From Octopus bimaculoides (lineage: Eukaryota): a stretch of DNA of 64,000 bases. Every line of letters begins with the position of its first letter. Position 1 is the stretch's first letter. Positions 43,083 to 55,075 of the stretch are shown here, piece by piece. The translations under genes were made by a program, and so were the position numbers. Location of the stretch: the NCBI RefSeq assembly GCF_001194135.2, contig NC_068983.1:31614721-31678720 (forward strand), written 5' to 3'. Under the pieces are notes generated by a model. It ran no database searches. It was given only the letters and a program-made list of their open reading frames with translations, and had not been told where the DNA came from.

Positions 43083-43944
43083 AATAATAATAATAATAAT
43101 AATGTGCATCAGTACACACAACAATCCTAATTAATCTAGGAATGTGGACAGTTGATGAAAATAAAATTTATCAAAATATTTAACACACACAAAATTCAAA
43201 CAAAGTAACAGTTTTCTCAATCCAACAATTAATCAAATTATAGCAAATATGAAAATAATTTTCTTTTCTAAAAAATGTACTGTAAAACCTTATTAAAATA
43301 ATAGTTTTTTATTAAAATATTAAAACTAATCTAACTTAAGTGTATCGTATGTTTATGTTGACAATCTACAAACTGGAGTTGGTTTCTGTTACTGTAAGCA
43401 TCATAAACATTATAGGCGCACACACACACACACGTGTGTGTGCATACATGCACAGTTACCATACAGAGAGATTATAATGTGCATTATAATTTTGCTTAAC
43501 GGATAAAAAGGAGAGGAAAAAAGCAGCACCATTTTCAAATACTGATTCAGTTAGCACACATTTTGAACTAACCATGATAAAGGTGAAACAAACTACACCG
43601 GGTTTTCAAACAAAAATCACACATACACACTGTATAACATTTTAATATAACATGTTCCTTTAACTTTTTCCTTTATTTTGAATATTTGCTATAAAGAGAT
43701 AAATTAGATAAATCGATTTTGGGGACTTAATTTTCAAGCAACTGCTCTTCATGACTTGCATTTTAATGAATTGTTTCTTAAGAATTAACACCAAACAAAT
43801 GATCTAATAGATGATGGTTTAGCTACATTTAAATGATGAGCATTTATATCAAGGGATATTTTTCAGAGATATATGTTTAATATGAAAATTAAACTATACA
43901 GAAAGAGTTACTTTAAAGAATATTTGCAGATAAAACAATGATTA

Positions 43945-43949
43945 CATAA

Positions 43950-44015
<66 letters not shown>

Positions 44016-44017
44016 AT

Positions 44018-44058
<41 letters not shown>

Positions 44059-44220
44059 CAAAGATGTGTATGCACATACACACATATGTGTGTGTGTGTG
44101 TGTGTGTGTAGCTATATAATTACATAAGTATACATATGTATACAAGCATAAAGACATAGATACATGGACATGTATACACACATATATGCAAACATATACA
44201 TATATACATAAATGCATAGA

Positions 44221-44258
<38 letters not shown>

Positions 44259-44563
44259 CATACATACATATATATATATATACACACACATACATAAATC
44301 CATACACATATGCATAAATCCATAAGCACATGCACAAATGCATACATAGATATGCATAAATGAATACACATATATGCATAAATGCATACACATATATGCA
44401 TAAACACATACACATTCATGCATATACATACATACATCTTGATACATATACACATATACATTCATACATATACACACATGCAGATTCATAGATACACACA
44501 ACCATACATATATATATGTGTATAAACATACATATATATATATATACACACACACATATATAT

Positions 44564-44614
<51 letters not shown>

Positions 44615-44973
44615 AATACACAGACATATACAGAAAAAAATACAAATAAAGACATATATAAATACACACATATGCACACACATTCATACATGTATAGGTA
44701 AAATAGGACAAACAGAATGAGGGAAATGAGACAGACAGTTACACAGCACAAGAGGTTACAATAGGTAGACAAAATACCCAAAGGTGATGGATAGAAAGTA
44801 AACACAAAACGAATTAACAATATAAGCTGTGCACAGTGAATTGTATGCCAAAAAAATAGGAAAAGTAGACTAGCATTTTGGGTGACACATACACACACAC
44901 ATGTATATGTACAAACACATATACATGCCTATATATACATGTATATATGTGTGTGTATATATATATCTATCTA

Positions 44974-45046
<73 letters not shown>

Positions 45047-45274
45047 NNNNNNNNNNNNNNNNNNNNNNNNNNNNNNNNNNNNNNNNNNNNNNNNNNNNNN
45101 NNNNNNNNNNNNNNNNNNNNNNNNNNNNNNNNNNNNNNNNNNNNNNNNNNNNNNNNNNNNNNNNNNNNNNNNNNNNNNNNNNNNNNNNNNNNNNNNNNNN
45201 NNNNNNNNNNNNNNNNNNNNNNNNNNNNNNNNNATACACACACACACATATATATGTCAATGTGTGTATGTACA

Positions 45275-45320
<46 letters not shown>
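43945..45320. repeat. Large compound microsatellite/minisatellite block
   Basis: (TA)n, (CA)n and degenerate units of about 20 nt (atacacatatatgcataaat). Confidence 0.9.
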
Positions 45321-45323
<3 letters not shown>

Positions 45324-45798
45324 ACAAATGAATAAATGAAGAATGAAGGAAAGAAAAATAAATAAATAAATAAATAAATAAACCAGTCAAATAAAATTAT
45401 GAATTACTGCAACCCTAATGAACCACCAGTCTGGGGAGGAAATCAAGTACATGATGCAGAAGTAAGACCTATATTTCGTACTAATTGCATTGGTAGGAGT
45501 AGATCAATCATCTCAATATTTCATCTTGCCACCTGTAAACAGAAATCAAATATTTGGCCACCAACATTTGACTAATTGTTTAAAAAGATTATATAAAAAA
45601 AAAATGAAAAGGGTGGGTTGATAAGAGCCACAATATGTACCAATAGGGAATATGATATTGTAATAGAGCTGAGTGTTAGGAAGCAGTTAGCTAAGTAGAA
45701 GAGAGAAGCAGAAAATAAAGAGGCAAGGTACAGTCCCATTAGTTAGGTGAGATTTTAGTATATTATAAGCAGTGACAGCAGTATTCAGAGATTTTTAC

Positions 45799-45900
45799 CT
45801 CCCAAACTGGAGAGGGAGCTAGCCAAACTGCTGCTGCCAAGCCGCTGGGTGGAATCTTCAGGACGATCAGGAACATGCGTGGAAGTGTTGGAGCGCTTAC
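45799..45900 (-). CDS. AAK1: Probable 102-nt symmetric (phase 1-1) cassette exon of the AAK1/BMP2K orthologue
   Basis: GC-rich island in an AT-rich intron with acceptor catcttgcag| and donor GGAG|GTAAAA. Encodes (G)KRSNTSTHVPDRPEDSTQRLGSSSLASSLSSLG with no stop, in frame with both neighbouring exons; Ser-rich like the rest of the tail. Confidence 0.6.
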
Positions 45901-45932
45901 CTGCAAGATGTTCACCAGAGGGTGTAAGTGGG

Positions 45933-45978
<46 letters not shown>

Positions 45979-46849
45979 TATACATACAGCTAGTTTACAT
46001 CATTTAACATTTTTTTGGTTTTTAACATGTGCACACACATACATACATACACACACTGAGTAATAAATACAGTTTTACATACACATACATATGTGCATCA
46101 ACATATAGGGATACACATTCACAAGTTTACTCACAGCAAAGTTTAAAACAGATCAAAACACTAGTAGTGGTAATATTACTATGAAGATACATTCACCACT
46201 CAAAAATATGCTCATTTCCAATAAAGAAACTATACAATACAAAACGCTTTAATTACTCAAACTAGTTAATATATAAATATTTTCTAAAACTTTAAAAAAT
46301 ATCAAGATAAATTAATTTTCTGAATTTTATAGAACAATCAACTAGACAGGGTACAACAGTATCAATTTATTTTTAATAGTGCACATGGTAATACATGGAT
46401 CTCAGGATATACAGCAAAGATGACACCCACAGCAAGAAGGGCAGTCGCTGATGAAGATTACAGCACTAGCAGAGCTTTAGACAACATATCTTATTCACTC
46501 CTACATATAGCAAATATCTTCCAAAGTACTAAAGTAAACACAATCTTCTTTACAAAGTTCTGGTCAAACTATATATATCAGGAAGGATAAGTCAATCATT
46601 TCGTCTCACTCATAAAGGTATCTAAGTTCAACTTTCATTTGGTATCAGGTGATATGATTAACCGTCTTGCACACAGATACTCAAACAAATGGAAACCAGT
46701 TTGTAGATAAATATTTGCAGTTCCCTCTTGCTTTTTCCATCTTCTTCTCCTCTCAGTTGCCCTCCTATGCTAACACTACTTTACGTTACATAATTCATTT
46801 AAATCATCTTTCATCAATTTCTCGCTCACATCAAAGAACAGAAAACTCC

Positions 46850-49350
46850 ACTCACTCCTCATTTCCATTACACCCACTGCCACTACTCCAACTCCTCCCC
46901 TATCCCTCTCTCTCCCTGATACGCTCCGCCACCGTCACCAACCCACCCCGTCTCTCCCAACCCCCACCTACATACCTACGTCCCCTCCCTCCCAGACTTC
47001 CACCACCCCACCCCTACTTCTGTCCCATCCACCCCTTCTCCACTTCAGTCTGTTGCTACCATTCCTCCAGACCTTCCCCTCTCTCTCCAGATATTCCCCT
47101 CTCTGAGGTGGAGCGCTCCCTCTTCAGTAGGGGACTGTGTTTCATCCTCCTCACTCCATCCAGCAATGAATTTCGGACTCGTGCCAATATCCGCAACTTT
47201 GTGCACCGTGTTAGGTTGTGTGAGCTTTTCTGTGACACTCCACCTGCATCTAGTGAGGAGGACTACTTCACCAACCTGGGTTGCCAACCATCCCAGTGGA
47301 TGCCAGCTCCTGGCCAGTTCCAAGCAGTCGATCTTTTTGCGGATGCCTGCCAGCATGCTGTGGACCGGTTTGATTTTTCCAAGTGTCCCCGACATCTGAA
47401 CATCTCCCCAACTGAACTTTCAGCCCTTCGATGTCTCCGATGCCGCATGGACATCATCATAAAACCAGTCAACAAGGGTGGAGCCGTGGCAGTGTGACAC
47501 GTGGACCTCTACAAGTTAGAAGCTCTCTGCCTACTTCAAAACACCTCCTTCTACAGCCCTCTGCTCTTCGACCCCATACCCAGCTGCTAACAGACTGTGT
47601 CCTCCACTACTCATGACCTCATTTCCTCCTCCCATCTCCCCCCACCACCTCTAACCTCATTGTCCGCACCCCTCGCACCCCCACAATTTACTTCCTCCCC
47701 CAAATCCCCAAACCTAACAACGCTGGCCACCCCACCGTTTCTGCCTGCAAATGCCCCACCGAACTCATCTCCAGATATCTTGACCATGTCCTTGCCCCAC
47801 TAGTAGCTTCCCTTCCCTCTTACATCCATGACACCAACCATGTTCTTCGTTTGTTCAACTCTTTCTCCTTCCCTCCTGACCCATCTAAACTTCTCTTCAC
47901 TCTTGACATCAAGAGTCTATACACTGTGATCCCTAACTACGAGGGGCTGCGTGCACTCCAACATTTCCTTGACCTTCAAACCAACCCACAACCTGACACA
48001 TCCACACTCCTTCGTCTGGCTGAACTTGTCCTCTGACTTAACTGCTTTTCATTCATGGGTGATTTTTACCAGCAGGTCTCAGGAGTGGCCAAGGGAACAA
48101 GAATGGGCTCCAACTATGTGAACCTGTTCATTGGCTATGTTGAAGCACAAATATTCTCAAGTTTCACTGGTCCCACTCCTTAAATATACGGTCGTTATAT
48201 TGACGACTGTATCGGTGTGACCTCACTCTCCCATGAACAGCTAAACTCCTTCCTCTCTTTTGTCAAATCTTTTCATCTTGCCCTCCACTTCTCCTGCACT
48301 ATTTCTCACACCTCAGTCGCTTTTCTCAACATTTTGGTCGGCATTCATCACTCCACTCTCCCCACCTCCATCCACAACAAACACACAGACTCACACTCTC
48401 ACCTCCACTTCTCCTCTTCCCACCCTAAACACACCAAGCTCTCCATCCCCTTTTCCCAAATCCTCTGTCTGTGCAGGCTCTGCAGTGACACACCGGCCTC
48501 GCGCCATTTCCACTCTCCCGATTACTCTTTACAACACAAGTCTGTGTTTGGATTGTCCTTGCACAGAGGCCATCCAGACTCCCTTCTTCACCATGAACAA
48601 GGATTAACCTTCGCTCCTTTTCTCCACATGGGCTCAATTCTCCTCCCCACTTCATCTAACCCTCCTCCTCTCTCACCTACTTCCTCCCACCCACATCTCT
48701 CTTGCTCTGGCACCTACTTCCTCTCTTCACTCCTACCCACCTTCTGCCTTCCACCCCTCTCCCTTCATCATCACCTCTCCCTCATTACCCCACACTACAC
48801 ATTCCAACCCGACCATCCCTATACATCCCATGCCCCCAACCCATCCCTTAGACCACACCCTTACTTCCCCACTCTCACCTCCCCCACACCCCAACGCCAC
48901 CACACTACACCATATCACACCACATCACACCACCCTGCACACACTAGCACTGACCACTTCCCAACACCCACACCAGTGCACACACTAGCACTGACCACTT
49001 CCCAGCACCTACACCATCATCCACACATCTACACATGCACAAACGCACATATCAAAGTCACCAGCCTCCTTCCACAAGCACATACATGCCCTCACATACA
49101 TACGCACACGCACCTTCGTTTTGGGATCACCACTACTTTATTATCTCCCCTTCTTCCTAGCTTTCCTGTGTGACTCCTCTGTCCGGCATCCACCATGATA
49201 GATCTGTTTTCTCTCCCTGTTTATTTCTGTGTTCCTTTCTGTCGAAGAGTGTAGGCTTGAAACATAAAAGGCTTTCTCACTTCCCGAGCATTAAACTAAT
49301 ACATCTGTTTGTTGTTTACACACCCGTCTTCATCTTTTGATTTTTCGTAA
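46850..49350 (+). mobile_element. Penelope-like retroelement (RT present, inactivated)
   Basis: LSEVERSLFSRGLCF, IIIKPVNKGGAVAV, LFTLDIKSLYTVIP, GVAKGTRMGSNYVNLF and RYIDDCIG, with stops and frameshifts; ends in a pLTR-like 3' segment. Confidence 0.9.
49234..49271 (+). ncRNA. Degenerate minimal type I hammerhead ribozyme in the Penelope pLTR
   Basis: CCUUU-CUGUCGA-A-GAGU-GUAG-GCUU-GAAA-CAUA-AAAGG: stem I of 5 bp, a core with an A6>U variant, and stem II with two G-U pairs. Confidence 0.55.
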
Positions 49351-49393
49351 ATTCTCACTATATATATGTATATATATGTATATNNNNNNNNNN

Positions 49394-49446
<53 letters not shown>

Positions 49447-49624
49447 GATGACTATGACAAAAATAGTGATCATAATGATAATGATATGAAGCTAAATGAA
49501 AAAAAAATTTTTATCAGTATCATCATCATCCTCTGGATTGGACAGTTTCATCACAAGAGCAAGCAAAAGATCCCCAAAATGTTCAATGCCATACATATGT
49601 GTATGCGTATATATGTACATGTGT

Positions 49625-52600
49625 ATGCAAATATACATCATCATTATTTAACATCTGTTGTCCATGCTGGCATGGGTTGGACGGTTTGACTGGGCTGGCA
49701 TGCTGGAAGGCTGACCCAGACTTCAGTCTCGTTTGGTATGGTTTTTTACAGCTAGATGCCCTCCTACTACCAACCACTCTGAGAGTGTAATGGGTGCTTT
49801 TATGTGCCACCAGCATAGGTGCCATTTGTGCAACACCAAGGTGCGTTTATGTGTCACTGGCATGGGTCCCATTTTGCATGACATCAGTATCTACCACAAG
49901 TGTGGTTTTGCTCAGCTTCATGGGTCTTCTTCTCTAGCACAACATAAAGCCAAAGATCTTGGTCATTGCCTCTATGAGGCCCAACACTCGAAAGGAACTC
50001 AGCCATTTTGCCTCCATGAAGCCCAATGCTCGAAAGGAACTAAGTCACTTTGCCTCCATGAGGCCCAAAGTTCAAAAGATGTTTTTTATGTGCCACCAAC
50101 ACAAGTGCACTTGGCTTGACAGGTGCTCTCAAGCACAGCACATTGCGAAAGATCTTGGTCACCAGTCATTGCCTCTGTGAGGTTCAAAGTTCAAAGATCA
50201 TGCTTCACCACCTTGTCCCATGTCTTCCTGGGTCTACCTCTACCACAGGTTCCCTGCACAGTTAGATATCGGCACTTCTTTACACAGCTGTCCTCATCCA
50301 TATGCATCACATGACCATACCAGTGCAATCGTCTCTCTTGCACATCACATCTGATTCCTCTTATGCTGAACTTTTCTCTCAAGATGCTTACACTCTGTCA
50401 AACATGTACACTGACATTGCACATCCAGCAAAGCACACTGGCTTCATTTCTTTCAAGCCTACGCATGTACTCAGCTGTCATAGCCCATATTTCACTGCCA
50501 TGCAGCATAACTGTTCACACACGGGCATCAAACAATCTGTCATTCACTCTGAGAAAGAGGCCCTTTGTTGCCAGCAGGGGTAGGAGCTCTCTGAACTTTG
50601 CCCAGCCTAAACTTATTCTCAGCTATGCTCTTGGAGCACCCACATCCACCACACTACTAACTTGGTTACCTAGATAACAGAAGATATCTACTCCTGCTAG
50701 CTTGCTCCATTGACAGTTGATGGAGTCTATTTTCTGCACCTTTTCAGTATTTATTGTACCTGTTTCCTTGTTAACCTTCCTCTGATGTTGCTGCACCTTT
50801 CATGTGTCCAAAGCTTACATTGGGTACATCTTATGGAGTTTCTACCTATGCCTTCTCTACAGATTGAACAGAGCCATCTACCTGAAGGGATTTCCGCTTT
50901 GTCTGCCTTCCTACTTGCTATGACTTTGATTTTTGCTAGGTTAACTTTAAGGCCCTTCAATTCTAGACCTTGCTTCCATACCAGGAATTTCTTCTCTGGC
51001 TCCAGAAGTGATTCAGCAATAAGAGCAAGGTCATCAGCATAGAGGAGCTCCTAGGGGCAGCCTGTCTTGAACTCCTCTGTTATTATTGGAGGACTATGAT
51101 GAACAAGAGAAGGCTGGGCACCAATCCTTGATGAACCCCTACTTGTACCCTGAATTCTTTACTGTACTCGTCCAACCTCACCTTACTGGTAACATCCCTG
51201 TAGAAGGATTGTATGGCTCTCACCAGCCACTCGTCTATCCCTAGTTTCTGCATTGACCACCAGATAAGGGATGAGGGGACTCTGTCAAAAGCTTTCTCTA
51301 AGTCAACAAAAGCCAAGTACAGTTACTTTTGGCCAGGTATTTCTCCTACAGTTGCCTTACCAGAAATATAGCATCAGTGGTGCTTCTACCTGGCACAAAA
51401 CCAAACTGCATCTCATCTAGACTAACTCTAATTAGTTGGGCTATGACTCTCTCCATAACTTTCATCACCTGATCCAACAATTTGATACCTCTGTAGTTAT
51501 CCCTACCTCAGGCGTCACCTTTACCCTTATAGCAGTTGAATATGGTGCCGAGTCATTGGGTATGATTCCTTCATGAACCACCTGAGTTACAAAACGGTTG
51601 ACTAGATTATAATCCACACCACCAGATACTTAAAGCAAATCAAAAGTGATTTCTGATGGGCAGGGGGGGGGGGGGGGGTGCTTTCCCCATCTTCATATCC
51701 TTAATTGTTTTATTTACCAGGATACTGTTGATTTGGGTTATATGTCAGGTTGCTCTTGAGCGCCACTGGTATCATGTAACTCAGTACAACCTGTCGCATA
51801 GTCAAGTCATCAGCAACTAAACTGGCAACCCCATCAAGCTTGCTTGGTGAGGAGGGTGATTGTTGGACACCCTGCAGGACAGAAAATAAGACCTTTCAAA
51901 GGGCAGAAGAACTACTGTGTAGTCAACAGTCAATTCAACAAGTACCTTGTCATGGTGAAGTGCCTGTGTGCTCCATTGACATGAAAGCTATGCTGGATTG
52001 AGAGAAATCTTCAGGCAGGTCTTACCAGGCAAGACAAGTCAAAAGAGACAGATAAAACCTTAATGACAATAAATTGAAACGTCACCAGCAGGGCATGGAT
52101 TTAGTTATTGGCAAGACCTAACAGATCAGATTCCTGGCTTTGAATTAGCAGGATGTCATGCAGAGGATGTTGAATACAAGGCAATGGATGAGACACTAAT
52201 ATTCCTAGTCAGATGGAAACTGCAGGACCACATGGAGCAGTGCCCTGTGACTCCTATAGTATGCGCAACCGAAACCCCTATCTGGAACGTCCCATAGGAC
52301 GACCTAGATGAGCTGATTCGGGTAGCTGGTCCCTCAATTGGATCAACATTTAGCAGACTCTCCTCCTCCCGTTCATTCTCCACATTCAGCAGTCTTTCAT
52401 TGCAGACTCATTAAAAACAAGTGCACCATCATCCATGCAGAGACATTTCGCTATGACACCACAATTTTCTCTCACACAGTCTTGCAATCCAAAATATTTC
52501 AGTTCTTTGGTACTCATGACACTACACATAGGCAAACATCTTTTTTGCTTCTCCCTTGGCTAGATATACCCTGCTGCCCCCATTCTTCCAGGCCTGTTTC

Positions 52601-52790
52601 TTTGCTCTGATGGCCCTGTCTACAGTATTATTCCATCATCACGTTACCCTAAGTCTGGAAGGGACTTTGCACCAGCCACAGATTTGGTCTACCATACTCA
52701 GCAAGCTATTTCAGTTGAAAAATATATCTCATTTGGTCACATTTCATGAGCACATCTTGGTCATCCTATGAACTTTTCAGCTGACCCTTG
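49625..52790 (-). mobile_element. 5'-truncated, inactivated RTE-clade LINE
   Basis: AFVDLEKAFDRVP, VGVHQG, LLYADDLALIAES, KGLKVNLAKIKV, RLHWYGHVMHM and GRGRPRKTW, then a 3' UTR with a (GAT)-like tail. Interrupted at about 51680-52150. Confidence 0.9.
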
Positions 52791-52842
<52 letters not shown>

Positions 52843-52845
52843 TCA

Positions 52846-53170
52846 TCATCATCATCATCATCATCGTCGTCTAACGTCCGCTTTCCATGCTAGCATGGGT
52901 TGGACGATTTGACTGAGGACTGGTGAAACCGGATGGCAACACCAGGCTCCAATCTAATTTGGCAGAGTTTCTACAGCTGGATGCCCTTCCTAACGCCAAC
53001 CACTCAGAGAGTGTAGTGGGTACTTTTACGTGTCACCCGCACGAAAACGGCCACGCTCGAAATGGTGTCTTTTATGTGCCACCCGCACAAGCCAGTCCAG
53101 GGGCACTGGCAACGATCTCACACGAAAATCCTACAGGAGCCAGTCAGGCGGTACTGGCAACGGCCACGCT
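52846..53170 (-). mobile_element. Young RTE-type 3' end with (GAT)n tail
   Basis: Reverse complement of 42365-42677. An older related copy follows at 53225-53545. Confidence 0.8.
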
Positions 53171-53990
53171 CATATATATATATATATATGTATACATATA
53201 TGTGCATGTGTGTGTGTGTCATTCTCATAATCATCATCATTTAAAACGCCTACTTTCCATGCTGGCATGGGTGGGATGGTTTGACAGAAACTAGCCAGGC
53301 GAAAGCCTGCACTTGACTACTGTGTCTGTTTTGGCACAGGTTTTATGGCTGGATGCCCTTTCTAACACTAATCACCCAACAGAATGAACTGAGTGCTATT
53401 TACATGTCACAGGCATAGTTGAGGTCAGTTATGGCAAGGTTTTTTACAGCTGGATGCCCTTCCAAATACCAACCACTTTATAGTGTGGACTGGAAGCTCC
53501 AGTCACTGGGGATGACTCCTTCATGTATCACCTGGTTGACAATACGGGTGACTAGGCTATAGCCGACACTGCCACATATTTTGAGCATNNNNNNNNNNNN
53601 NNNNNNNNNNNNNNNNNNNNNNNNNNNNNNNNNNNNNNNNNNNNNNNNNNNNNNNNNNNNNNNNNNNNNNNNNNNNNNNNNNNNNNNNCATATATTCTAA
53701 TAAAATACAAATATATCTAATCCGAGTTAAAAATATAAGGTAATAATATATATTTTTTAATTGAATACAAAAGGTTTAATCAAAGCAACTAAAATTCAAA
53801 ATACCAATCCTACTACACAAATATAAGTAATATGAAGATAAAATAAAATAATTGTCCACCGACTAAAAGAATTTATTTCAAGATTAAAATACTTTTTAAA
53901 TAATTTAAAATCATTTAAAAGTATTTAAAAAGATATATATATTTGAAATGGTCTTTTACTTCCCTCAACAGATACAAGTTCATAATAAAG

Positions 53991-54164
53991 TAGACCTCCA
54001 CAGGTAAAATCCAAGTACATCCTGAAAAAAGTTGTCTTTCCTCACAAAGATTTTCAAAAGTTCATATAACTACACTGGTGTATTTATATGAACTTTTAGA
54101 AGTTTTTGTGAGGAAAGACAAAACTTTTTTCAGGATGTACTTGGATTTTAGCTGTGGAAGTCTA
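53991..54164. repeat. Near-perfect 174-nt palindrome (foldback)
   Basis: 85- and 87-nt arms with a 2-nt loop (tacac-tg-gtgta); 7 mismatches plus a 2-nt indel by hand alignment. Confidence 0.95.
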
Positions 54165-54769
54165 TATGTGAATGTAATTTATGCACATCCACAAATTAGC
54201 ATGCATGTCGCTCAAATTTTAAGACATTCGTCATGACCCTAGCTCCATTTCCGTCAACTTTTTCTCTCAGAGGCACCCGCATATAGCTGTAAAAATCAAT
54301 TTTCAACCCTAACTTTTACCAATTTTGAAGTTTGCTTACTTGACGAAGTGAAAGTGTGCATAAGCATGCGAGGGTGAGAGAGAAATTGTGTGTTGATGTA
54401 TGTGTCTGTGTGAGAGGGGAAGTGAGGGAGAGATAGAAATTGTTTGCCAGCGTCTAACAAAAAAAGTAAAGAAAAAGTGGGAGAGGGAGACAGAAAGTGA
54501 CTAACAAAAGAAAAGGTAGGTGTGAGTAAGGAAGACAAAGTGTCAGCGTTCATCAAAATTGAAAATATATAAAATGCTTTTGTTTTTCTTAAACATGAGA
54601 TATAGTTTCAAATATAGGATGTTTTTGAAAGACACTATATTTTATAATGAGATTATATATACTTTCTCACACAACAATTAAAATATATTTATTTTAAATC
54701 ATTTACTGTAAGCTGTAAATGTGAAACTTCATTACAATTGGAAATTTCTAGGAACAAAGAGCCATCATC

Positions 54770-55075
54770 GATGACAAGTTTGCACTAAACCCTCAAGCAA
54801 TACATTGTAGCATGAAAAGCCATACCACCAAAGTCATAAAAGCTATTTCCCAAAATGGTCTGGGTTAGGATCTGGAATCTAAACAAACATGACAGTGATG
54901 CAATGTGGTTAAATGAGCTACAAATGAGTACAAATGAGATGCTAGCATCTCTCCCAAAATTTATTATCAAAAATGGAACTCTTCTGATAGTCAGTACAAA
55001 ACTACCAAATGGAAAAATCACCAGGGAGAGACCTGGTAGTTGGTTATTAGTAGAGAACACTGACAGAATCTAAGT
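54770..55075 (+). mobile_element. Possible R4/Dong-like non-LTR fragment
   Basis: DKFALNPQAI...VRIWNLNKHDSDAMWL...KLPNGK resembles the pre-RT region of R4/Dong elements; weak match. Confidence 0.35.

Noticed and set aside
48217-49173. 318-aa His/Pro/Thr-rich ORF
   Set aside because: It is the Penelope RT thumb running into a C/A-rich low-complexity 3' region, not a host gene.
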